DNA from: Shigella phage ESh25
Length of the DNA stretch: 64,000 nt
Direction: 5' to 3' (one strand)
Sequence record: ON528735
The translations under genes were made by a program, and so were the position numbers. Below the pieces are notes generated by a model. It was not told the origin of the DNA, did no database searches, and was given only the letters and a program-made list of their open reading frames with translations. This document shows, piece after piece, positions 38,181 to 47,494 of the stretch; position 1 is the stretch's first letter; every line of letters starts with the position of its first letter.

Positions 38181-38440
38181 TTAAAGTATTCCCGCAATTG
38201 GTCAAATCCACCAATATGACTTCCATCAGGAGCAAATACCTGGGGCATTGTTAAGCCGATTTGAGTATCACGACCTAGTTTAGTCAGAAGCTCAGCGATT
38301 TTCTCATCATCAAAAACACCTTTTTCCGGCATAATGTTGATAAATTCAAACGGCTGTTTCTTCACGGTCAAAAGACGTTTTGCATTATCGCAATACACGC
38401 ATTTATGAATGTTGCTATCATAACCATATACTTTAAACAT
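38177..38440 (-). CDS. nrdC: glutaredoxin/thioredoxin NrdC
   Basis: 87 aa; CVYC active site. Confidence 0.85.
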   Translation of the reverse strand: MFKVYGYDSNIHKCVYCDNAKRLLTVKKQPFEFINIMPEKGVFDDEKIAELLTKLGRDTQIGLTMPQVFAPDGSHIGGFDQLREYFK

Positions 38441-38441
38441 A

Positions 38442-38699
38442 TTATTCCTTAATTCCTAGTACTTGTTTAAAAGTCTCGTCGTAATCAAGACTTTGGCCCG
38501 TTTGTTCTTTATGTTTGTATATAATATCACTTACTTCTGATAGCATATTTTTATATGAACGAGTTAAAGCAGATTTAAGCACGCTGTATCTATCAGGAAA
38601 TTTACCATGTTCATTATAATAAGCTATTGCTAATTCACGGACTGCTTTTTCAGCAGCCTCCATATATTCTTTACGCTTGGTCATTTTCTTCTCGGTCAA
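38442..38699 (-). CDS. hypothetical protein
   Basis: 85 aa ORF. Confidence 0.45.
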   Translation of the reverse strand: MTEKKMTKRKEYMEAAEKAVRELAIAYYNEHGKFPDRYSVLKSALTRSYKNMLSEVSDIIYKHKEQTGQSLDYDETFKQVLGIKE

Positions 38700-38988
38700 A
38701 TCGGTGTTTACAATGGCGACATTTATAACGAAGATTACTAGTCTGCCAATGAACTAATTGTACCTGTTCAGTACCGCATTCAGGACATTTAGGAACGTTT
38801 TTAGAAGCCCTTTCGCGACGTTCAACCATAACCATAATGGCATCCCAAGCAGGAGGTTTAAAGTCTAAATCGTCACAACCATGAATCTTTCCACGCATTT
38901 CTAGATCGTCTTCTTCACCAGCCATAATAATTTTAATTAAACTGGAATTACTTGAAGCTGCAATGTCTTCTAATAGACGCTTTTTCAT
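38671..38988 (-). CDS. zinc-ribbon protein
   Basis: 105 aa; CPECG...CRHCKH. Confidence 0.5.
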   Translation of the reverse strand: MKKRLLEDIAASSNSSLIKIIMAGEEDDLEMRGKIHGCDDLDFKPPAWDAIMVMVERRERASKNVPKCPECGTEQVQLVHWQTSNLRYKCRHCKHRFDREENDQA

Positions 38989-39914
38989 TTCAATACCTCA
39001 ATAGCATTACGTAAACCATTTGCTTTTGCATTAAGAGCTTTTAACAATTTGGTGTGTTCGGCAATATGGGCTTCAACTTCAATCAAACGAGCATTGAGAT
39101 ATTCGCGTTCTTCGCTCAGATTATCAACCTTTTCTACTTTAGGCTCTTTTACAACTGTCTTATATGTATTAGGGTTCTTCAGTTTAATTAGAATGCGTGA
39201 ACTATATAACATTGAACCGTTATCTTCGGTTTCGTCATACATTTCTACTACGTCCATGATTTTTAACATCATGCGAAGTTTATAAGACAACGAACGAATA
39301 GTTTTGTTGTGCTTATTAATTTCTTTAGCTGTCATGGTGCCGAGATTACGTGAGTAATAATAAGGAACCTGGATATTAATTAATACTGATGAACCACCTG
39401 GCTTGTGTGTTACTTCATCAGCAATAACCCAGTCCTTAACGTGAACTGTATTTGTACGGTCATCGCCCGCGGTAAATAGTTTGCGAGCATGCTTAAAAAG
39501 CATATTCACTTGGTCATTGAATTGACAAGCAAATTTATCAGCAAATTTAGTTTCAGGAATGGTAGATAACCAATCAGCCAAATGGGTCTTTTTAACATCG
39601 TTAACAACAGTAAATTCAACCAAATCGGTTATAGATGTCTCAGATTTAATGAAGCTTGGCTTCATAAAGTTTTTAATGTTATCACGAGCTACAGTAGAAG
39701 ATAACATACGAGAACGTTTAAACCATTCAAGCAAATTACCTGACGAATGAGAATAAGCGTTTTGAGTATCTTTACAGATATGATTTTCCTGACCAACATA
39801 TTGAAGGAAATCACGAAGAATATTATTGATTACTGCTCTGTGTCCGATCTGATAATTACGGTGTTTAGTAATAAGACTGTCAAAATAATCAATATAATGT
39901 TTACGAGTTTTCAT
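38985..39914 (-). CDS. coiled-coil tail protein, family member 1
   Basis: 309 aa; N-terminus MKTR...; C-terminal ~50 aa heptad-rich. Confidence 0.55.
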   Translation of the reverse strand: MKTRKHYIDYFDSLITKHRNYQIGHRAVINNILRDFLQYVGQENHICKDTQNAYSHSSGNLLEWFKRSRMLSSTVARDNIKNFMKPSFIKSETSITDLVEFTVVNDVKKTHLADWLSTIPETKFADKFACQFNDQVNMLFKHARKLFTAGDDRTNTVHVKDWVIADEVTHKPGGSSVLINIQVPYYYSRNLGTMTAKEINKHNKTIRSLSYKLRMMLKIMDVVEMYDETEDNGSMLYSSRILIKLKNPNTYKTVVKEPKVEKVDNLSEEREYLNARLIEVEAHIAEHTKLLKALNAKANGLRNAIEVLK

Positions 39915-39966
39915 GTTCTTCTCACTTGGTTAATGATTTATACTCCGAGCCATCCTTGGCTTTAAA

Positions 39967-40968
39967 TTACTTAATTAACTGTAAAGCTTGTTCAAGACGA
40001 TCAAGACGATTAACAGATTCTTCCCAAATCCTTTTAGCCTGCTCATATTCTTTCTGCGCTTTATTAGAAATTTCTAGAACTTCTTTATAAGCTTTTTCTA
40101 ATGCAATAACTTCTGGACGAATTTCTACCGGTTCAGGTGAATCGTCAAGATTATCCATTAGTTCCTCAAGGGTAGTTTCTTCTTTAGGAGTATTCACAAT
40201 TTCATCACATTTTTGCTGGTAAATTTCTTTATCAGTCGGTGAGCACGCACACTTTACTTCACGAAGGCTAATTATAATTTTATATCCTTCCCAACCACAC
40301 ATATTTTTGAAAGGATATGTATGAATACTTTTTACAGTTTCCATACAGCCCAAAACCGCCTCTAATTGATAAGTTATAGTGCTAGCAATTGAGAAAAATT
40401 TATTAATATTCTTTTGGTTAGCGTTTGGTGTAAAAAATCCATAATTCACAAAAATAGCTACTTTATTTTCATCAAGCTCATATTCTTTTACGATAATCAT
40501 ATCAGAAGCCAAAGGATGAATTTGACGATAATCGCCATAACATAATTTAGAAGCTGATTTTAGAATTTGTCCTTTGAAAAGTCTGAAATTACTAATCCAA
40601 CGACGAGTAAAAATATTCTTAGGGTCTTCTTTGGTATTAAGATGATAAGAATTAACATCACCGAACCAATTGTATCCTATTACACCTTTAGTTCGTTTAA
40701 TTTCTTTCCCAAAATTACCAAGAATATCCCGATTAACCAAATATGAAAGAAGACGAGACCCTTTAAAGATTATCTTAATATCATCTTTATCTACACGGCT
40801 AGAAATTTCACGAACTTCATGAATAAATTTACTGGAAGAAACAATACTTGCATCAATACTGCTGAGCCATTGATTGATAATAGAAAGAACAGCGTTCTGA
40901 CTAGACATGGGTTTAACTTTATCATCAATAACGCTATTGAATGATTTGATATATTCGTTACGAGTCAT
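39967..40968 (-). CDS. coiled-coil tail protein, family member 2
   Basis: Track ORF trimmed to ATG (MTRNEY...) preceded by GAGGAG SD and early promoter; C-terminal coiled coil. Confidence 0.55.
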   Translation of the reverse strand: MTRNEYIKSFNSVIDDKVKPMSSQNAVLSIINQWLSSIDASIVSSSKFIHEVREISSRVDKDDIKIIFKGSRLLSYLVNRDILGNFGKEIKRTKGVIGYNWFGDVNSYHLNTKEDPKNIFTRRWISNFRLFKGQILKSASKLCYGDYRQIHPLASDMIIVKEYELDENKVAIFVNYGFFTPNANQKNINKFFSIASTITYQLEAVLGCMETVKSIHTYPFKNMCGWEGYKIIISLREVKCACSPTDKEIYQQKCDEIVNTPKEETTLEELMDNLDDSPEPVEIRPEVIALEKAYKEVLEISNKAQKEYEQAKRIWEESVNRLDRLEQALQLIK

Positions 40969-41025
40969 ATTAATCTCCTCAGTAGAAAGTAAGAACATTA
41001 TACCACATCCTTGTGGTAAAGTAAA

Positions 41026-42045
41026 CTAGTTTAGTGCATTTAGTGCGTTGTTCAGTTTAGAACGTTGCTTCGTGAGATTTTTGACTTTTTCTTGTGCTTT
41101 TTCTAGCATCTTTTCAGCTTCTAACACTTCATTGGTCGCTTTAACGAGTTCATCATCTACTGCCTTAAGGGACTTCTCAATCGCATCCGCGTGCCATTTT
41201 TCAACAGGTTTAAGACTCGGATTTTCAATAGGAAGAAAATTCACTTTATTAAATTTCCATGCATCTTTATTACCTGAGCTATACATCCAAAATTTAGGAT
41301 CGTTTGATAAGCAATTAGATAAATTTAAGTTATCTTGCACTTCCTGCTTTTTCTCTTGCGGGACTTCGTCCTTTCTCAAAAAATCATATTTAAATGAAAC
41401 AACCATATCAAGTTCATATGTTGTTGTGTCTAATTTAAATCGTTCAAAACGAGGTAAAATCTTAGATTGAACAGCAGCAACAACATCCATATACTTAAAT
41501 GCTTCTGTCAGCTGTGATTTAAGGCATTCACAAATTGAAAGAGAATTTTTTGTATTAGGTTTAAAGCTAATTCGTGCAGTTCTATTATTTTCTTTTAACG
41601 GTCTTACTTCCATCTGAAGAGTATAACCATCAAATTTCAGGTTCTTTAAGTTAATGTCAGAACCTTTTAATCGACTAGCCGTCGACAAAATTTGCTTTAA
41701 TTGTTTACGGAATAGAGCAATAAATCTCCATTCAAGACGGTAATGATTTGGATTAAAAAATCCTGTTGATAAATCAACCTTACTCTGACCAACGCCTTGA
41801 ACAAATAGAGGATTTTTATAATCAATAGTTTTACAGAAATCGGTGAGCTGTTCGCGAGCAGTCATTTGCGTAATATATCCAGCTTTATCAAAATGTCGCA
41901 GCCATTCACTGCTATTCATATACTTAAAGTGAATGGAACTATTAACTCTATCAGGGTCTAAATTATTTTGGCACAAAAATGTCATAACATCACGAGTATA
42001 GCTGGCATTACGAACCATATCTTCAATTTGAGAACGAGTTTTCAT
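41026..42045 (-). CDS. coiled-coil tail protein, family member 3
   Basis: 339 aa; MKTRSQ...; C-terminal coiled coil. Confidence 0.55.
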   Translation of the reverse strand: MKTRSQIEDMVRNASYTRDVMTFLCQNNLDPDRVNSSIHFKYMNSSEWLRHFDKAGYITQMTAREQLTDFCKTIDYKNPLFVQGVGQSKVDLSTGFFNPNHYRLEWRFIALFRKQLKQILSTASRLKGSDINLKNLKFDGYTLQMEVRPLKENNRTARISFKPNTKNSLSICECLKSQLTEAFKYMDVVAAVQSKILPRFERFKLDTTTYELDMVVSFKYDFLRKDEVPQEKKQEVQDNLNLSNCLSNDPKFWMYSSGNKDAWKFNKVNFLPIENPSLKPVEKWHADAIEKSLKAVDDELVKATNEVLEAEKMLEKAQEKVKNLTKQRSKLNNALNALN

Positions 42046-42053
42046 GGTGTTCC

Positions 42054-42941
42054 TTAAGATTTAAGTAAATCAACAATTTTAATTAATTTTTCACGTTCAG
42101 ATTTAGCTTTACTACTCAATCCAGATAGTCTGAATATTTCATCATCATATTGTTGAATAGAAATATTTAGCTCTTCAATTTGCTTATTAAAATAATCAAT
42201 TTGTTCAGAATGTTTTTCGTTACTACGAACTGGTACAGGTTTTGTAGGTAATTTAGATGAACTGGATTCATCCGGGCGATAAATTAAAATACAACTTGAA
42301 CCAATTGGACATTTTGCACCAGATGAATATTCTAATGTTCCGGCTTCTTTTAAAACTTCAAAAGCTAAACAGAGATGATGCCCCATATTAACATAATCTG
42401 TAGAGCGAGCTCTGACGTAATAATCATCTCCACGAGTGCTAAATTTAAAGCATTTAAGGTCTTCTGTATTATTGGTCTTAAAAATCATTTGTTTATCTAG
42501 ACCTTTAGCTAATCGAGCGCCTAATGCTAATAATCGTCGTTGATTTTCCCACAAATCCTCAATCATTTGATCGAATGATAATTTTGGCATTAGTCGACCA
42601 TAAAGGTCATATCCTTTATTATAATTGCGAAGAATTTCACTTGCATTAATACGAGACAATGCTCCAATTTTATTAAGGGCTTTCATAATGCGATTAGATA
42701 AACCCATTCCAGACCCGTTTGTTCGCTGTAAATGTTTTTCTAATCCAAATCCAATATCAACTTTAAATTTATCTAAAATTTCAGCATGAACATCTCTGTC
42801 AATAACATTCAAATCCAAAGTTGGGTTAAATCTATGAAAAAATTTATCTGGCTCTCCACGACGAAGTACAGTCCATTCATTCAATTTTTTATTAACTAAA
42901 GATTTAATTACTGCATTGACATTATTAATTACTACTGACAT
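42054..42941 (-). CDS. coiled-coil tail protein, family member 4
   Basis: Track ORF (TTG start) trimmed to ATG with GAGGA SD; C-terminal coiled coil. Confidence 0.55.
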   Translation of the reverse strand: MSVVINNVNAVIKSLVNKKLNEWTVLRRGEPDKFFHRFNPTLDLNVIDRDVHAEILDKFKVDIGFGLEKHLQRTNGSGMGLSNRIMKALNKIGALSRINASEILRNYNKGYDLYGRLMPKLSFDQMIEDLWENQRRLLALGARLAKGLDKQMIFKTNNTEDLKCFKFSTRGDDYYVRARSTDYVNMGHHLCLAFEVLKEAGTLEYSSGAKCPIGSSCILIYRPDESSSSKLPTKPVPVRSNEKHSEQIDYFNKQIEELNISIQQYDDEIFRLSGLSSKAKSEREKLIKIVDLLKS

Positions 42942-42948
42942 ATTTTCC

Positions 42949-43356
42949 TCACTCAATTTCAATTTTACTAAATATACAGAATAAGATGGAACAGACTATA
43001 TAAGCACCACACACAGATTGAACTAATACCATTCCAAAGAACCAAACGATATTATCAAACAATGTCTGTTTTACGTCGAAAGGACGTAAACTTACAGTAA
43101 TATTATCACCTTTTTCTATTGATGAATACATCTCTGGGGAAATATATTCACTAAATCTATAACCGTCTTTGAGTTCATATACGGCAATAAACGATAAACT
43201 AGACCCCTTTCCTTGAGTTCCTGTAAGGGTATTAACTACAGTAACATCATAATCTTTATAATGCATATAATCATTAATTGCGTAATAACCATATGCAATT
43301 ACTACGCATAAACAACATATCAATAAATTCAATCTTTTAATTATCAACTGTTTCAT
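42949..43356 (-). CDS. membrane protein
   Basis: 135 aa with N- and C-terminal hydrophobic helices. Confidence 0.5.
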   Translation of the reverse strand: MKQLIIKRLNLLICCLCVVIAYGYYAINDYMHYKDYDVTVVNTLTGTQGKGSSLSFIAVYELKDGYRFSEYISPEMYSSIEKGDNITVSLRPFDVKQTLFDNIVWFFGMVLVQSVCGAYIVCSILFCIFSKIEIE

Positions 43357-43411
43357 AATAATCTCAATTAAAAGGGCTTAGAACCATTATACCATCCTTG
43401 GTATAAAGCGG

Positions 43412-43939
43412 TTATGCGAGTACCGTCTTTAACCGTTCTTCAAACTTCCGAAGAGTATTTTGGCGTTCAGCTCTTTGCTTTTTGTAAGTTTCAATACGCT
43501 CTGAAATGAGAGTATATCGTTCATTTACTGATTCTTTCATAAAATCAGGAATTTCACGAGAAGCTTTAATCTCGTCAAATTTATCAATAACAACTTGCTC
43601 TTCAGCAATTAAGTTATCATACATCAAAATATCTTTCTTGATGAACTCAATATCTTCTTGAGTTACACGAGATAATTTAGATGCTTTATCCTTTTTGTAC
43701 TGTTCGTTAGTATCACGAGACCAGTGTAATGTACGATTTTTATTCGTATTCTTGTAAATTTCTACAATACCAATCTCATCGATAATAACGATCCAATTCC
43801 AACGGGATTTGTAAATTTGTCCTCCATCAACAGTGATTTCACCTCCGATTGAGATGTCATTAAAGAACTTGCTTTGTGCTTCTGATTTAAATTTACCATC
43901 GTTGTAATTTACCAGGTTGAAAATATCTTTAGCATTCAT
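43412..43939 (-). CDS. hypothetical protein
   Basis: Track ORF trimmed to MNAKDIF...; the first 20 track codons lie inside a promoter cassette. Confidence 0.55.
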   Translation of the reverse strand: MNAKDIFNLVNYNDGKFKSEAQSKFFNDISIGGEITVDGGQIYKSRWNWIVIIDEIGIVEIYKNTNKNRTLHWSRDTNEQYKKDKASKLSRVTQEDIEFIKKDILMYDNLIAEEQVVIDKFDEIKASREIPDFMKESVNERYTLISERIETYKKQRAERQNTLRKFEERLKTVLA

Positions 43940-44010
43940 TTTCTGTTCCTCCGTAGTTGATAGTTGTATAGTACCACAGAGGAACGGTCTTGTAAACAAC
44001 TAAAAGAAAC
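43940..44010 (-). repeat. promoter-leader cassette (second type)
   Basis: Shares ...tatcaactacGGAGGA... leader with 63597..63660 and the cassette in 63925..64000. Confidence 0.5.
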
Positions 44011-44314
44011 TTCTTTCACAATTTTTTCCACTGAACCAAGCGCTCACTGCTTTCTTAGTCTCAGGAGCAGTGTTATCCATAAACCATTCAAAGGCAGCCT
44101 TTTTATGATTCTGGAGGGCTTCTCGGGCTTTAATCTGCTCACGGTCTATTAACACTAACATATGAGCCTTTCTTGTCACCATGGGCTTCTTATGATTTTT
44201 TGAATACTCCCAATCATTTGTCCATCGCATCGTTGTTGCGAACTGAAATACTGCTTCTTTAATTTTAGTTTCATAAATTTCACGAGCCTTTGAGTATAAC
44301 ATCATTACCTCCAT
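44000..44314 (-). CDS. hypothetical basic protein
   Basis: 104 aa ORF. Confidence 0.45.
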   Translation of the reverse strand: MEVMMLYSKAREIYETKIKEAVFQFATTMRWTNDWEYSKNHKKPMVTRKAHMLVLIDREQIKAREALQNHKKAAFEWFMDNTAPETKKAVSAWFSGKNCERSFF

Positions 44315-44403
44315 TTACCAGTTTAATTCTAGTCATCTTTTTGATGGCAGTCCATATAATCTATTTCTGAACTGCCTTTTTGTCATAGAAGACCTCTTAT
44401 GAA

Positions 44404-45372
44404 TTATTTCAGAAGAGTAACCTCAGCGATTTCTTCCCAACCGTTTTTGTCGGTCATAATAAAGTCAGCAAGATAAAGAGCAGTACGCAGTGAAACATTG
44501 CGTAAACGATTAACATTGACTTTCATCCATGATAATGCTTTATAAGTTTCTTCATCAGAAAGACCGCGCTTTTGCATCATGTCAGTTGAAAGAATAACAT
44601 CTTCAACCCTGACCATAATTTCTTCATTAGCGTGAACACCCAAATCCAAATAAACTGAGCGGGACACTAATGCTTGTAAATGTGGAGCAAGTTTAGTACC
44701 ACGGTCTAATTCGCGGTCAATGTCAACGTTTGTGATAAAAACAATCGTTCCTTTAAATTCAAACTCACGCTCAATGCCTTTTTCTTCTAAATAAGAAGAT
44801 GCAGTGCTCCAGCAGACTTTACGGGTCTCTCCAGTGTCCAGAGCAGCTTTTAGAAGATTAAGAATGTCCATATCAGAGAAAACATCCACATCATCAATCA
44901 AAAGGACAGAATTCGCTTCACGATTATTCCAAAGCTGCTCATAAAGACCAATACCAGAGATTTTACCGTTAATGCTTTTATATTCAATGTATCCATTATC
45001 ATTTGCTTTATTTAAAGCTTTATCTAAAGAATACGTTTTACCAATACCTGCTGCACCAGAGATAATTAATGAACGAATGTTTCCGTTAATAATACCATTC
45101 GTCATCATTCCCATAACATTAAATCTTTTATTAATGCGGGTTTTCATATCTTCATATGATTCTTTAACTTCTTCAACTTTTACACCATCATATGAAATGT
45201 CTGATTTGTAAACCCAAACACCGCGACGTTTACCGTCAATTTCAACAAAAACTTTACCATCTCCTTGTGCATCTACCGGAGCATTATCAGGGAACCACTC
45301 ACCTAAGAGTTCAAAAGTTCCAGAGATTTCTTTACCGAAGTAGATACCCTTATTAATAGTTACAGTTTTCAT
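44404..45372 (-). CDS. AAA+/P-loop ATPase
   Basis: Walker A GAAGIGKT and Walker B LLIDDVD; track TTG start trimmed to ATG. Confidence 0.65.
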   Translation of the reverse strand: MKTVTINKGIYFGKEISGTFELLGEWFPDNAPVDAQGDGKVFVEIDGKRRGVWVYKSDISYDGVKVEEVKESYEDMKTRINKRFNVMGMMTNGIINGNIRSLIISGAAGIGKTYSLDKALNKANDNGYIEYKSINGKISGIGLYEQLWNNREANSVLLIDDVDVFSDMDILNLLKAALDTGETRKVCWSTASSYLEEKGIEREFEFKGTIVFITNVDIDRELDRGTKLAPHLQALVSRSVYLDLGVHANEEIMVRVEDVILSTDMMQKRGLSDEETYKALSWMKVNVNRLRNVSLRTALYLADFIMTDKNGWEEIAEVTLLK

Positions 45373-45384
45373 TTTATTCTCCAA

Positions 45385-45460
45385 ATCCGTATCAGTTGAT
45401 AGTTGTATAGTACTATAAAGCTTTATGCTTGTAAACCGTTTTGTGAAAAATTTTTGAAAT
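45385..45460 (-). repeat. promoter-leader cassette copy B
   Basis: See 17034..17110. Confidence 0.6.
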
Positions 45461-45466
45461 AAAAAA

Positions 45467-45484
45467 GGGAGCCCGAAGGCTCCC
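45467..45484 (-). terminator. intrinsic terminator hairpin
   Basis: gggagcccgaaggctccc. Confidence 0.5.
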
Positions 45485-45486
45485 TA

Positions 45487-46500
45487 TCATTTATAATAAC
45501 TTCGGTGGTTTTCAAGATAGACCTTCTCAAGGAAGTCATCCCAGAAACTCATGTCTACTTTTTGCTGCATACCGTTCTTAGAAGCTTCAGTAGATGCTGC
45601 TTCTACTTGATCGACCACATCTTCCAAAAACTCTTGAACTGTTTTAAATGGATGTTTACCCAACTTCACGTCGAGAATAAATGGAGCATCTTTGAGTGGA
45701 TAAACCAAGTCACCAGTTTTGTAAATTTCCAATAGTTGGAGTCCACCACGGCAAGCATGACTCAGAGCTTTCCAGTCAATACCTTCATTGGCTTCGGCCT
45801 TACGAGCACGTTCACCATATTCAGCATCTAATTTGTTCAGTGACTGCTTAAGCTCAATAAGAGAAAGCGTTGTCTGATATTTACGACCCAACACAGTGTA
45901 GAACGTTTGTGGGCCTGTTTTCTCATGATTATGGAACACCCATTCACAGAATTCGTTTTCTGGAAGACGATGCTTAATATCTTCAACTTTATTTCGACGC
46001 TGCTTAATGGAACCGTCTTCTTGGTAATCAACCCATTGCTCAGGGATTTGATTAACTACTTTCAATACATCACGTAATGCAGCCAAACGAGAACCCTTGA
46101 CACCGTATTTAGAAGCTTGCTTGCGGACATATCCTAAATAGGATTTCATGTTAGTCGTATAAAAACGAGAACGGTTGTCTTGGATAAATTTCCATACATC
46201 AGGCAAATCAGATTTAACCACTAGTTCAGGCGGAGTGTGAAGCATATCCAATGCTACAGTTTCACCATCTGCTGCTAATTTAAAGAAATACTTAAGACTG
46301 TATAGTTCATGGTCAATATCATCTTTAGTGTTTTTAGATGATGTGTTGTTAGTGTTTTTACTCATGTGCTCTTTGACATTTCCGATAAGAATATCGCGAG
46401 CAGGAGGAACAAAGATTTCTTTAAAATCTACATCAGATTCTGGGGTAGAAGTTCCATAAAGATGACTACCAAAATAGCTTTTCATTACTGTTTTCATCAT
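45487..46500 (-). CDS. nucleotidyltransferase-fold protein (pol-beta superfamily-like)
   Basis: 337 aa; N-terminal GSHLYGTSTPESDVDF matches G[SG]...D.D NTase signature. Confidence 0.55.
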   Translation of the reverse strand: MMKTVMKSYFGSHLYGTSTPESDVDFKEIFVPPARDILIGNVKEHMSKNTNNTSSKNTKDDIDHELYSLKYFFKLAADGETVALDMLHTPPELVVKSDLPDVWKFIQDNRSRFYTTNMKSYLGYVRKQASKYGVKGSRLAALRDVLKVVNQIPEQWVDYQEDGSIKQRRNKVEDIKHRLPENEFCEWVFHNHEKTGPQTFYTVLGRKYQTTLSLIELKQSLNKLDAEYGERARKAEANEGIDWKALSHACRGGLQLLEIYKTGDLVYPLKDAPFILDVKLGKHPFKTVQEFLEDVVDQVEAASTEASKNGMQQKVDMSFWDDFLEKVYLENHRSYYK

Positions 46501-46970
46501 TCAGCCTTATATTCAATAACAGGACATACTTTAGCTTTACGAGCTTTTAAAAATTCAACGATAACCGATTTCTTGGGTTGAATAGGAGGTAAACCTTTAT
46601 ACGCCCTATCAATATTTTCTACGTGTAAAGCATAATCCTTTTTCCATTTATAATCTTTATATTTTTCACGCAAATGTGCAGGAATAACAAATGAACCGAT
46701 AATAAGTAAAACAACCAAAAGCGCAAGTATAAATGCTGATGGAAGAAGAGTCCATAAACTACCGAAAATAAGCCAACGTTGTAGGCTTTCTGCACAAATA
46801 ATTGTTAGACCTGCGAGTATAGTACATCCGAAAAAAGAAACGAAAAATGTAGGGATAACAATAGACCAAAAGTATGCACACAGTGTCTTAGGTCGTTTCC
46901 ATTCGTCGTTAAACAGTTTGAATAATTTATAGTGCCAAGAGTTTTCATTAATAATCATAATTATAATCAT
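46497..46970 (-). CDS. membrane protein (multi-pass)
   Basis: 157 aa with several hydrophobic helices; ATGA coupling to the nucleotidyltransferase gene. Confidence 0.5.
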   Translation of the reverse strand: MIIIMIINENSWHYKLFKLFNDEWKRPKTLCAYFWSIVIPTFFVSFFGCTILAGLTIICAESLQRWLIFGSLWTLLPSAFILALLVVLLIIGSFVIPAHLREKYKDYKWKKDYALHVENIDRAYKGLPPIQPKKSVIVEFLKARKAKVCPVIEYKAE

Positions 46971-47488
46971 CCTTTCATTGAAGGTGTAACAGTTGTTAAA
47001 TACTTAATCATAGCCTCAGCTTCTGATTTTGATAATGAAATTTCTCCATTGTTTTGACGAATAGAAATAAAATCCGGATGACGGTCACCACCAGCTTTTA
47101 AAACACACATATAAGTATCAGTTTCATCTTCAATATTTGAAATGATTGAAGCAGTTCCACATGAATGCGGTTTTTGATAAATCAATACAGCTTTTCTTCC
47201 GCCATTTGACTGTTCATAAACTTTTAATACATCAAACAAATCACTTCTTTTATCAATAGCTAAAATGTTATTTTCATCTTCAACGTTAAATCCTTCGGAT
47301 ACTTCATAAAGTGTTACCCATAAATCGCCAATATCAATAACAGCGTTCACTTTTCCATGACTTTCAAGAGCATGACAAATTTTCTTGATTTCGTCATAAC
47401 TCATTTTAATAATATCATCTCCTTGAATAAGAAAGATGTCATTTTTAAATTCAACACGAATTAAACCACTTCCACTTGAAATAAACAT
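46967..47488 (-). CDS. hypothetical protein, paralog pair member
   Basis: 173 aa; C-terminus ...SKSEAEAMIKYLTTVTPSM similar to next ORF. Confidence 0.5.
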   Translation of the reverse strand: MFISSGSGLIRVEFKNDIFLIQGDDIIKMSYDEIKKICHALESHGKVNAVIDIGDLWVTLYEVSEGFNVEDENNILAIDKRSDLFDVLKVYEQSNGGRKAVLIYQKPHSCGTASIISNIEDETDTYMCVLKAGGDRHPDFISIRQNNGEISLSKSEAEAMIKYLTTVTPSMKG

Positions 47489-47494
47489 ATTTCC

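Noticed and set aside
41048-41470. Plus-strand 140 aa ORF
   Set aside because: Antisense to a coiled-coil family gene; low-complexity Ser/Leu-rich translation typical of antisense reading of Lys/Glu-rich coding sequence.
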